64,000 bases of DNA from positions 1 to 64,000 of the forward strand of contig LSRY02000022.1 of assembly GCA_001643675.2 (NCBI GenBank), in the 5' to 3' direction. The translations under genes and the position numbers were made by a program. Below, in pieces: positions 14,242 to 26,399 of this stretch. The stretch comes from Monocercomonoides exilis PA203. Lineage: Eukaryota; Protista; Preaxostyla. Position 1 is the stretch's first letter, and each line of letters starts with the position of its first letter. A model generated the notes under the pieces. The model was not told the DNA's origin. It made no database searches and saw only the letters and a list, made by a program, of their open reading frames with translations.

Positions 14242-16663
14242 TCACTTCTTTTCCATCTTCCCGAATTTTTCAATCAGGGCATTTGCCATTTTGCTGTTCG
14301 CTGGAAAAGCCCTGCTCGAACATCTCGTCCGGCACAGCTGCGTCCTCCATTCACGCTTCCTTCTCCTCCCCTCGTTCCTCATCGCACCTTTCTTCCAATT
14401 CCTCTGCTTTTGGCCAGCCTTTTCAACCTCTCCTCCACTGCTGTTCCCTTTTCTCTTCTTTTCCTTTTCCCCTCCATCACTTCCTTCTCCTTCCCTTTCT
14501 CTTGTTCCTTTGCGCCTCTTCCGCTCCCTTCCTTGTCCCTGCCCCAGCCCCAGCCCCACCCCATCCTCCCTCTCCTCAGCTCCTTCGCTTTCGCTTCCTC
14601 TTCTCTTCGCTTTGCTTCCTCTTCCTTCTTTCTTTTCAGCGCCTCTTCCGCTCGCCGGAAAAGACCCCGCCCAAAAACCCTCGTGGCAGCGGTGGCCGGT
14701 CTCTTGCGCTGCCTGTCCACACTCTCGACTGCACCGCCTTCTTTGCCCTGCTTCTGCCTGTGGTTGGCTGCTCCTCTTCTGCTGAGGCTGCTCTTGCAGT
14801 CGTTGAAGACTGGGAATGCATTTCTTCTGTCCTCTGCATGCTGCTCTTCTCTTCTTTTCTCTCCTCTTTTCTCTCCTCTTTCTCTCCTTCCCTGCCTGCC
14901 TCTCCCTCCTCCCACGTGTTGAGCGCACTTCCCTTCCCAAACACAGGCGGCCTTTCTCTCAGCGACAGAGGCAAGCACACCTCCATCGCATTCTCCCACA
15001 CTCCTTTCGAGTATTTGTTCACAAGCGCCACACCAACATCACTCTCCAGCTCCTTCCTCCTCCCCTCGCTCACCCACCCAGCCCATCTTTCCTCTTCTCC
15101 TTCCCCTCCTCTTTTTCCCTTTTCTTCTTCTTCACCATCTTCTTCTTCTTCTTTGGCCGCTGCTGTTCTCCCTCCATTCAGAGACAAAAGATACTCTGCC
15201 ACTCGCCGCAGGCTCTTCAGCCGATCCATCTGACAGGTGGGGAAAAAGGGAAAAAAGAAAAAGAAAAGCAGGCACATACAAAATCCATGTCAAAAATAGG
15301 GTCAATTGTTCGGAGATAAAAACATGAACATAAAACTCATCTCAGATTCTCACTCTCTTCCTCTCTCTATCCCTCTCTCCATTCTTCCTGCCCCACACCT
15401 TTCCCTCTTCTGCTGTTGTCCTGTTCGTCACCATCGACACAATCTGTACTGCCAGAAACCCAAACACAAACAGCCCCAGAATGATCCCGTAGAGCCCAAG
15501 CGCCACACACCCCGTCTTCTCCCCACCACAATCTGCAGCAGCTTGCTCCACCCCATCCCGCTGCTCCGCACCCCCAGCACCCGCAGCCTCGCCGGCACCC
15601 ACAGCCGCCGGTCCACCAGCCACGCCCCAATCACCCCCATGCTGCTGATTCCCATGCACATCGCTGCCACCCCGTTCACAAACAGGAACAGCAGAAAATA
15701 CCGGAAGTTCCACTCTCCGATGCATGTGTTGAACCACGGGCAGTGGTGGTCCCGCCTCGACACACACCTCCACACATTGAGCAGTGCTGCGACCGCGGTG
15801 GCCTGCTCGTTCCAGCCACGAGCCCCACCAGAAAAGAAATGAAAAATAAAAATAAAAATAAGAAAGCAATTATAAATATTAATTTGAAAAAATGAACGAA
15901 AAAAGACTTCGTCGAAGGCTGATTCACACCGAGGCAGCTTGCACACGGGACACATCTTCTCTTCGCTGTAGATCACATTATCGTACGGGAAGCACCGGAA
16001 CAGGTCCTCCACGTTCCCAGCCGTCACAAACCCTGGGTCTGAATAGCACGTCACGAAAAACAGGACAACCGCCAGCACAGCAAACAGCCCGCAGAACGCA
16101 CTCACACCCGCAAGAGCCACACAGTCAGCCAAAGATCCTGCAAGTTCAGCCCAAACAAAAAAATACTCGAAAAACAACTCGCATACTTCTGCACGCTGTC
16201 CCAGAAGAAGTTCGGCACGTGCGGGCACACAAACACTGCCCACCCGCCGATCATCCCTCCTGCAACAAGAACATAGAAGATCTGTCTTCCCGCCCAGCCA
16301 ACGCACCGCACCCAATTGAAGCAAAAATTGAAGCAAAAATTGAAACAAAAAAGAGCATAAAAATCTTCCATTTATTCGTCTTTTCCTTCAATGCTGCGGG
16401 GCACACACCTGAACAATCGGATTCCTTTCCGCCACCAAGTAGTGCACCATCTTCCCGCAGGTTCTCCGCCCCTCATCCTTCGATGGCGGCGCTGGAGCGC
16501 TTTCTGCGCGTTTTTCAAAGCTTCCGCACGTCAGCCACTTGAACGCTCGCCCCCACACCCCCGACCGGCACCCCAGCGTGCCGCCGCACAGATACACCAC
16601 AAACAGCCCCAGCACCCCAATGCTCCCCACAAGCACCGCAAAAACACCAAAACTGATTTCCAT
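14242..16663 (-). CDS. DHHC palmitoyltransferase (SWF1/ZDHHC4-like)
   Basis: SDPG, FPYDNVIY, CPVCKLPR|PPRSQHCSMC..CVSRRDHHCPWFNTCIGEWNFRYF, TTxE motif (NRTTAEE) and NKYSKGVWEN C-terminal motif. Several introns and frameshifts. Confidence 0.9.
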
Positions 16664-16894
16664 GCTTTTTTATTCTGGGAACAATAAAAAATGAAAAATA
16701 TTATATTTTTATCTTCTTCTTCTTCTTCTGAGGATAAACTTGAAAGAAATTGCGTGAAATGTATTGAGGTGAAGTGGTCTGAAATGAAGTGAAATGAAAT
16801 GAAGTGAAGTTGAATAACATTACCAAGAAAACAATAAAAAGCTTTTCACAAATACATTTTATTTCCATTCTCCAATTCATCTCCAGTGGTGCTT

Positions 16895-19128
16895 TCACTG
16901 TCCCTCAATCGCCCTTCCACGCTCAGCAGCGTCTGCTTCCTTCTTTCTCCTCGTCTCCTCTTCTTCTGCCTCCTCCTCCTCTGTCTGCCAACTGTCCTCC
17001 TTCTCGTTCCACCCCATCCACCTCTTTCCCATTCCTTTCCCTTTTCTCTTCCCTGGCCCTCTTTTCCGCGCCTTCCGCAGTCGGAGGTCGATCACATCAT
17101 ACACCCACAAATAGAACACACCTGGCGGCGACTTCTTCAGCCGCTCTGCTTTTGCCTTCTCCCGCTCGAACGCCAACCTCTTTCTCCTCCTCCTTCTCTC
17201 TTCTTCCATCTGCCTGCTTCTTCTCCTTCTCCCGCTGCACACGCACAGCGGCACAACTACTCCACATCTCACATCTTCCTCGTTCCCATTTCCATTTCCA
17301 TTTCCATTCACATCCTCGTGCTCTCCACATTCTCCACATTCTGTTCCCATTCTCATTCCCTTTCCTCCTGTGTCCCACACATATGCTGGCACTTCCAGTC
17401 CACTGCCCTCTCCAAAGCCATTGGTGCTGCTCCATTTGTCCCAAAACGGGTCTCTGATTCGCTCTGCCCACTCTCCTTGTGTTTCTTTCTCTTTCCTCTC
17501 CCTCTCCCTTTCTCTCCCTTCTGATTCTTCTTCTTCTTCTTCTTCTTTTCTTCTTCTTCCCCATTCGCACTTACAGCTTTCTTTCTTGTTCCCAACACTC
17601 GCTTTCTTCGTTTTCCCATCTGCCATTTCGCTTCTTCCCTCTGTCTGTCTTCCCTTCCTTCCATTTCTCGCTCCCGTCCCTTCTCCTCTCTCTGCACCGC
17701 TCTCCGCTCTTCCGCTCTTCCTCGTCTCCACAAACTCCTCCACCCCTCTCACCCCCCTTCTTGCCCACCCAAACGCCACCACCACATCCACATCCACTCC
17801 TTCTCCTTCTCCTTCTCCTTCTCCTTCTCCTTCTCCTTTCTTATCCCCTCCAAAATATCTGTCTGCTTCTGACTTCCTTTTCTCCTCTTCTACCTCTGCC
17901 TCTTTCCTTCTCACTTCCTTCAACATCTGCTGCAGCGCTTTCGCCTCCTCCTCTCTTTCCTTCTCTCTTTCTCTTTCTCTTTCTCTTTCACTTCTTCCTA
18001 TGCTGTATTCTTCAGCATTCCCAATCTCTCCAGCCCATCTGCCTGTGCATTCCCTCACTCCATTTTCCAGCTCTTCTGCTGTTGCTCCCTCCACTTCTCT
18101 CTCCACTTCCTCTCCACACCCATCTCGTTCGCCTCTCCCGCCTCCTCCACTTCCCCAATCACTGCATCCTCCTTCAGCTTCTTCTCCTTCAGCTTCTCCT
18201 CTGCTCTGTCCCACATCTCTTCTTCCGCCTCGTCTGCAGCCCACCTCTTCCGCACCCACACTCCAAACACTCTCTCAAACTTCTCTGCCTCCAAAATCTG
18301 CTCCTGAACCAGCCGCCTTCGCTTCTTCTCCCACTCTCTTCTCTCTGCATTCTCCGCCTGATTTCTTCTTCTTCTTCTTCTTCTTCTTCTCTCTGTTCCT
18401 TCTTCTTCTTCCTCTTCTTCTTCCTCGCTTCCTGTTCTTCCTGTCCATCCCAGTGAATCCAACATCTTCTTGTCCTCTTCTCTCCACTTCTCCTCCAGCG
18501 CCACTCGCTCTGCCTCTCTCAGCCCACTCTGCTTCCTTCCATCAACCACCACTGCCACCTCCGCTGCCACCCTCCCCCGCATCGTGTGCGGCATCTCCCA
18601 CCCCAGAATCCTCTCCACAACTTCGCCCGCCTCCCTTGCTTCCTCGTCCTCCTCATTATCATCTTTTTCATTTTCTTTATCTTTATCTTCATCTTTCTCC
18701 ACCTTCTCATCCATTTGAAGTTCTGTGACTCTCTTTGCCATTTGAGCTTCATTCTTCCCATATTCCCCTTTTCCACAGGCATCCATCCTTTCTCCCATCC
18801 TTGCCTTCCCTTCGAAGATGCTTCCGCTTTCCCATTGCAGTTCTGCTCCGCTGCCCAGCCGTGCCGCCTCCTTCGCACTCTTCCAGCTTTGCATCCCCAG
18901 TCGTCGATCCTTTTCAGTTCCTCCGCTCCGCAAGCTGCTCTGTTCAGGAAAATCCTCTGTTTGTGTTTCTTTTGCGTTCCAGCGCCCGAGCTCTCCCCAT
19001 CCAAAAGGCGTGGAAGACTCCTTCGCGTTCGACTGCGTTCTATCTCCGCTGAAGCGCGTTCTCCCTTCACTCAAGTTCGCCATCTTGTCCATTCTGTGCC
19101 CTAAGCTCGAAAACCCTCCACAGCTCAT
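16895..19128 (-). CDS. Hypothetical charged/coiled-coil protein
   Basis: Overlapping minus-strand ORFs 18055-19128 and 16895-18259 with GA-rich coding skew, flanked by AT-rich intergenic DNA. Confidence 0.5.
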
Positions 19129-19525
19129 GGATTCTCTTATCCTAGTATTTGCGCTGTTTGTGAAAATATTTGGTATTCCAGCATTATTTTCAATTTTTAT
19201 AAGTTACAAATCGAACGACAGATTATAAATTTTAATTTCAATCTACATAAAAAGATCATAAATACAAATTACAAAAATTGTTTCAAAAATGTTCCAGAAA
19301 AATAATTATTGATACAACTCTCTTTCTATATGGAAGTTGTAATATTTTCTGGAGAGCAACGATGAATAATGTGGAAAAAAAATAATAACATATCGTTATT
19401 TTTTTATCATTATCACATTAGTAACTCAATAAATAACAACAATTTTTTTATATCATGATATTTTTCTCAATGAAAGAAACAAGCTTCTATTATATGATCA
19501 TTACCATAGATTAAAAAGGATATAT

Positions 19526-19865
19526 ATGGGTTTGTGTTTTTTTTTCAAATTCAAAGAGTTTAAAAAATCATTGTTTTAAAATATTTATTAAAATCATTTG
19601 AATGTTTAATATTTGTTATTTTTAATTGGTTATTTCGAATGACATTTGTTTGTTTATAGGAAAAGTTCACGGAGCTCTTTCTCGAGCAGGAAAGGTTAGA
19701 GATCACACACCAAAAGTTCCAAAAACAGCAACACAAAAGAAGCCTACAGGAAGAAATAAGATTCGTCTTCTGTACAAGAAGAGATTCACAAATGTTGTTG
19801 TTGGTGCAAGAAAGGAAGGTCCAAACAAGCAAAAGACCAAAGGAGCAAATGCAAACCTTCTTTAA
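19526..19865 (+). CDS. RPS30: 40S ribosomal protein S30 (eS30), without ubiquitin-like fusion
   Basis: Exon 1 is ATGG (19526-19529), intron 19530-19659 is GT..AG, giving [23 protein letters not shown]...[12 protein letters not shown]. Confidence 0.96.
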
Positions 19866-20489
19866 ATTGCTTTTATTTTAAAGGCTCGATTTGATTCAAG
19901 AATTATAAGAATTATTTGAACGTGCACTATTTTTTATCAAAGTGATATTTGAATTTTATTAATAATTTACTCTAATTGGTGAATCTTTACAAACCAAAAT
20001 TATTGGCTATCTATTATCTTTCGAATATCTAAAAATATGATGGATACATTTTTCAAAAAAAAAAATATGTTTTAGTTCATTTTTTGAAGTAATAAAAAAT
20101 TGCTATCCAAAAACTAATTTTTAAAAAGATGAAAGTTTTGTAGCATTAAAGTGTTTGTGGAAAATGAAGAAAACAATGTTTTTGTTAAGTGAAAGGGATA
20201 GTTTTTAACGTTTTGAATTCAGGATTTATGTAAATTTATGATTTGTTTTTTTTTTTTTTTTTTTTTTTTTTTTTCAAAAACAATTTTATTTATGTTGTCA
20301 TTTGGAAACAACATTCTTGATATTTTCATTTTTTAGCTTCAAACAGCGAAATGATATAAAGAAAAAAAAGGTTATTTGGGACAAAATATTTCGCTTTATG
20401 AATTTTGTTCCATTCTTCTCTAACAAATATTTATCTCAATTCTTGAATTTTTCTGAAATTATTTGCATTGTTACGGTTGATTTATAATG

Positions 20490-21400
20490 AAATGATTGTA
20501 GAAAAAGTTTGGAACGAATCTCAGTTTTTTTCATAATTGCAAAAATTTTGCCCCATTTGGATTGAATATACCACAATTTGTAAAAGAATTTCAGAAATAA
20601 TATTGACAGATAGGTATTAATTCTTCTTCACTCAAAGGAATTCTGAAATCAGTTAACAGAAGTATGAATCCAACCGAAAAAGATGAATATGAAAAATTGA
20701 AAATCCGACAGTCAACTTTTGAACAATTTTTGGATTTTGAAGTTATCCTGGAAAAGAACTGGCCAAACTATTCTGAAATCCAAAAATATTATGATCACGA
20801 AGTTTTAAATTTTTCTGGACAGAATTTCATTTGCCATAGAAAAAGAGTTCGGCAAGGCTTAATAATTTCATTGTTACACCCTGAACTTCATTATCTAAAA
20901 GAAGAAAATGAATTAATAAGATTGTTACAGTGTGCATTGGAGGATTCGGATGAACTGACATTTTTGCTTGGAGTATTTGTGTTTTATTACATCAAGACTG
21001 GAACTATCGCATGTTCAGTTCTTGAAAAGCTTTTTCCAACGAGTTTGAAATGGATTGATTCCAATGGTTTGTTCAGTTTTTATAAATGTGGCAATTTTAT
21101 ATTTGTGTGGTGTTAGTTCTTCGGAAATTTGAGCAAAAAACAGTGATAACCGAAGATACACATTTATCAACTGAACCTCCGTTTCGTGTAAAAGAGGGTT
21201 TTTGTTTTTGTGCTTTTTATTTACGCATTTATGCATTTTTTTATAACGCTATCTTTAATTATTACAAATCAGAAATAAGACCTCCATTATTTTTTAGAAG
21301 GATCAGTGTACCAATCGAACAAAAGCTTTCAGTTTTACGGAGTTCAACTTGATGATTATTTTCACTTTGCAAAGCAAGATACTAATTGCAAAGAATAAAA
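20490..21400 (+). pseudogene. Degenerate hypothetical gene fragment
   Basis: 150-aa ORF 20664-21116 with protein-like composition, flanked by broken frames. Confidence 0.3.
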
Positions 21401-21589
21401 CTGATTATCGTTGACTGTACTCTTTCTCCAAGACAAAATTCAAATATTGAATAATGAAGAAATTGTGACTTCCAAAATTTTTTGAATGTGGATTGAATGT
21501 CAATAAACACAAATTTTTAAATTGAATGTACAATCGTTCTTCTTCTTTTTCTCTTTCTACACCATTTTTTCCTTCTCAATCAAATTCAT

Positions 21590-21729
21590 CCTCTTCTTCT
21601 TCTTCTTCTTCTTCTTCTTCATCTTCTTTTTCTTCTTCTTCATCATCATCATCATCATCTTCATCTTCTTCTTCTTCTTCTTCTTCTTCTTCTTTTTCTT
21701 CTTTTTCTTCTTTTTCTTCTTTTTCTTCT

Positions 21730-21761
<32 letters not shown>

Positions 21762-21836
21762 TTCTTCTTCTTCTTCTTCTTCTTTTTCTTTTTCTTTTTC
21801 TTTTTCTTTTTCTTTTTCTTCTTTTTCTTCTTCTTC
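21590..21836. repeat. TTC/TCA/TTTTTC microsatellite (poly-Glu/Asp/Lys on the minus strand)
   Basis: Directly visible. Confidence 0.9.
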
Positions 21837-22171
21837 CCCTCTTCTGCATTGCCTACAGCTTCAACTCGTTCTGTTATGAATGCAACCGTTTTGAAAAATT
21901 CTGTAACTTTATGTGTAATTTTTCAAAGATATCATTATCAATTTAAACATTTTTTCTCATGCAAAAAAATGGGGGGAAAAAACGATGTATTATCAATGAA
22001 TCTTTTTAAAATCCTGTTATATAAATTTTTGTTAAAATTAAAATAATTAACTTTGCAATTTCAAATATATATATATATATTTGTTTCTTGGAAGTTTAGG
22101 TTTTCCAATATTTTTCAAAAAAATCAAAATTGAAATTAATCAAAGTTAGGCTAAATATAGAAAAATAAATA

Positions 22172-24215
22172 GGGTGATTTATAAACCCGAATATTTTTTT
22201 GAAAACCCGAACAAAAAATAAATGAATTTATTTTTGTGTATCGTGTATTGATTTTGTTTAAAAAAAAATATTAATAATAAATATAATCAACAAGCTCTCG
22301 TTTCACAATTTTTCGAGTATTTCTTTCTTTTTTTTCATCATCAGAAAAATCATCATTTAAAATTTTCAATGTTTTGAATATTCTTTTTTTCGGTTTTTCA
22401 TCTTCAAACAAAGCCTTTTCAATTTCAACATTATCTTTTTCTTCATTTTTTGACTCTTTTCTTTCATCATTTTCTTTTTTCCATTCTAATAAAAATTCTT
22501 CATCGGTAATTAATTTTCCAAAATAATCAAACCTTTTTGTTCTTTTCTTTAGAGTCACGGAAGGTTCTTTTGGCAGCTTGGCTAACACTTCGTGCCACTG
22601 ATGTGACAGTACTCCGCTCTTCGCAAATGAAGATTTTATTGTTGAAGGTAACAAAGAAGTTTGCAAAGCTTGTGGAAGCACATCAGCCAGTGCTTCTCGT
22701 CGCAAAACAACAGAAGAAGAAGAAGGCGCTTCATAATTAGCATTTATTGTCTTTTTAAAAACAGCAAATACACCACGATCCAAAGGCTGTGCGATGTGAG
22801 TGGTATGGGGCACGAAGGTGACAACATCTATTGAAGAGTCGGCAAACCTTTTCCATAAGTCAGGCTGCGCTCTCGATGAATGCTAATCAAGAAGGAGAAG
22901 GCAACGTTCATCACTCTTCTTCAAAGTTTCTCTTCTTTGTGTGATCCCTGGAAGCAACACTTCTTCAGCATATTTGAGAAATAGCGCTTCAGTCATCCAG
23001 CCTTCATTTTCACCGCAAACATCCAACCGCGAACTCAAAACAAGGCGCAGTTCATCAGGTAATTTGTGACAAGGCCACAGAACGACGCTTTTTAGGGAGT
23101 ATCCATCAGCTGCACTTGCAATGGCGAGAGTTGCATAAAGCATGTTCATTGGCGTTTTGGAGAAACCAGCAGGCACGTCGAAAGGATTGAAAACAAGAGT
23201 CGAGAAAGAATCAGAGAGTCCAAGAGAAGATTCATCAATATTGAAGAGGAGAGAGTTAGAATAATGATGCGGATCATGAAGGTTTTGTGGAAGAGTGTAA
23301 AACGGAAGAAAAGTTTGTTGATTTGATGCAGAGAGCCTTTGGATGTCGACGTTTCGAGGGTGTGAAGCCTTAAGCTCGGGGTTCCTTTTGGTGTATTGAT
23401 AGGGATATGCTTTAGAAATGTTCACTTCTTCATCTTCTTCATCAAACTTGTCTTTTTTCCTATCATTGATAACAGTGTTCATCTGAATATATAAAAAATA
23501 GATAAATACAACAAATTAAAAATTGTGACAAACTAATTTCCTCATTTGCGCAGCATTGTAACTTGTCCCACTTTCACATTCGATTTTAAGCACTCCAAAT
23601 ATAGTTTCCTTTTCTTCCTGATTGAATAATTCTGGTCTTCCATTTTTCCCTGCCTTCCTTCCTTTTTCCACAGCTGTAACTGCCCTATCAATTGCCGAGC
23701 GAGTAAAATTCTTTCATGTTTGTAGCATCTGCAACCCGAGCTTCTCCATTTGCGACAATTGTTGTAATACGTTCAAATCTGTTTTCAATATGCCGATATT
23801 GAAATGATCTCATCAAACTACTAATTTTCTTTAATCCTTGTTGTTTTTTATTATCGACAACACTCATAACATAAAATTTTTTGGATATGATCTATTTTTT
23901 ATTTTTTAAAAAAAATTTTTATTGAAATGAAAAAAAATCAAAAAAAATTTTTCGACCAAATTCTAACTTTTTAAAACCCCTTGCTATTACCTAATCTCCT
24001 CAGAGGAGGCACAAATCAGAGACGGAGGAGCTAACTCTTCCATATACCCACACCACCATCAGAGATTAGGTATAGTAATTTGATCTTAATTTCTGACAGC
24101 TGACTTTTCCTTAAATACTCAGAACAATTAATGAAATTTGAAAAGTGTGTTGATGTAACAAATTATTAAAAAAATTGTTCGGGTTAGAAAAAATATTCGG
24201 GTTAATAAATCACCC
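22172..24215 (-). mobile_element. pogo/Tigger-like (Tc1-mariner, DDE_1) DNA transposon, full length, about 2.04 kb
   Basis: TIRs GGGTGATTTATAAACCCGAATATTTTTT (22172) and AAAAAATATTCGGGTTAATAAATCACCC (ends 24215), each flanked by TA. Internal transposase present. Confidence 0.92.
22271..23870 (-). pseudogene. DDE_1 transposase, disrupted
   Basis: HTH/CENP-B-like N-terminus (GRPELFNQEEK), 51-nt intron 23483-23533, FNIDESS, GWMTEALF, LLLLD*HSSR (TAG 22883-22885), HTTHIAQPLD. Confidence 0.88.
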
Positions 24216-26399
24216 TACTGTTTTTGGAAAAAAAAAACTTCCTAAAAAATAAATTGCAAGGTTGAAAGGAGAAAATTTGAGTCAAATTCTTTAGTTATGT
24301 AGACATGTGCTGCTCATTGCAATTTTGGTTCATCGCAAACATTATTAGCAATCTGTTCATAATTCTTATGTCTTTGCAATTCCGTTTTCACCAAAACCGG
24401 GAACTTTTTAAAAGTTCCAAACAATTCTTGTTTTTGAAAGAACAAATTCTCAGGGGCAACGCATATTTCTTCTTTCTACACAAAATAAAAAACATTATTT
24501 TTTTAATAAGTTGTGAAAGAAATAAATGAACACATTATTTTTATATGAAATCACAAATTCTCTCGTTAACAATGAAAAATATTTTCATTGGAAAAGATTA
24601 AATATTATAATAATTTAAAACGTTGCGAAATTTGATTGTGACAAAACAAAATAGAAATGATTTTTTGAAAATGATTTTCTTGATTTCACATTTTATTATT
24701 TTCTTGACAGTTTTTTTAATGTTTTGATCAATAGACCTTAAATGAATTGAACGGGTCAATTCGAATTGACAAAGTCAAAACGTTTTTCGTTTGTCTTATT
24801 GGTTTTGACTCAATCAATTCGGTTTTCCCTCAATCTTATTTGTGATCAAAAATACAAAAATTATATATCAATTTTGATCAAAAAATATTGATACTTCTTT
24901 TGTATTCCATTGGAAAACAGTTTGTTTTTAGTAATTTTTTGATATGTTTTTTAAAGTGATATTATTAATATATTTGAAAAAGGTAATTCAGTGATCATGA
25001 ACAATTCATCCGATATTTTTGTTGTTGCTGTTTTTTGAAATTCCGAATTAAGAAATTAGTTTCAAATATTCTAACATGCGTATTAAGAAGCAACAATGTT
25101 ACATTTATATATGGCTTTGTTATTTATGGTGTGGTTTTGTTTTTTAAGGATTTTTCGAAAAAGCAAAAAGTTTTGTTTGACTTTTTATGAACTAAGAATA
25201 AAATAAATTGTGTTGTTGTATTTTTTCATAATATTAATTGATGCGTTACCATTTCTTTGATTAGAAAGATCTCTTCACTTGTTTTGTTATGTTTGTTATC
25301 TCAATTTTAAAATTCTGTTTTTTTATTCTAATTCTTTGTGGTCAAATAATTTTAACATCTCAAATCAACAAAACATTAACAAAAAATGAGTTCTTCATGA
25401 TTTTTTTTTTTGTTTTTTGTTATTTTAACAAAAATGAAATTCAATTTTGAATTCTTGAAAAATGAAAATTCTTGAAAATAAATTTTTTTCAACTAAAAAC
25501 ATTAATAAATCAATGCAAATGTTATACACCCTAATTGTGAATTAAAAAAGACAACATAAAACAAAAGTTCGATCAAGGTTTTGCAAATGATCATACACAC
25601 AGAATTGAATCAATTGGTCTTGACTCAATCAAAACGGTTTTGAGTCTAACTTTTTGGTTTTATATGTCACTTTTTGGTATTAGTCAAAGCTAATACCGCA
25701 TTACTTAATAATTTCGTTTTAGTTCTAATTCCAAAACGCATAATGAAAAAATCTCAAACAAACATTTATAAGTTGCAAAAAGTTTTTTTAATATCTTGTT
25801 AAAGAAAAATTAAATCAAGATCGCTAAAACATTTTGAAGAAAAATAAGAAATTTCAATTTGATGATGAGAAACAATTAAAGATCAATTTATTCGAAATGA
25901 TAATTGTCATTTGTGAAAAAACAAAGAAGGGGTAAAAAAATTTGAAGAAGTTGAATCGAACATGAGATTTCAGATTCAAACTTGTTTGCAATCGATAATC
26001 AAGTTTTGCCAAAATTATTTGAAAAATAAGTTGCTTAAGATTCAAATGGGTGATTTTTTTGATATCATAAAAAATTCCGAAGTTTGATCAAAAACAAATT
26101 TTATTAAGGGTTCTTTTGATTGGAAAAATGAAAGTCATGATCATTCAAATATATTGCTCTAAATATAATTATTATTAATTGTTTGTTGCTTTTAATTCGA
26201 TTTTAATTGTTTTTATTTCATATTTTGAGAAATTGATATAATTTTTTCAAAATTTTTCGAAAATTTGATTGACATAACATAACTTAAGTTTTCTGGTTAA
26301 AAAAACATGATCACAACAATTGAGGTAACTAAATAAATAAATTTAACATTCAAAAATTAGTTAAATAATGCTATTGAAAAAGAATAAAATATGATAAGT

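Noticed and set aside
3-18728. Long Pro/Ser-rich + strand ORFs (3-1235, 8875-10491, 14217-15233, 17370-18728)
   Set aside because: These are shadow ORFs antisense to G/A-rich real genes.
21522-22046. Poly-Phe, poly-Ser and poly-Arg ORFs
   Set aside because: Translations of a TTC microsatellite.
23981-24078. Hammerhead ribozyme
   Set aside because: CTGA-type motifs occur on the minus strand but without the paired GAAA core and stem arrangement.
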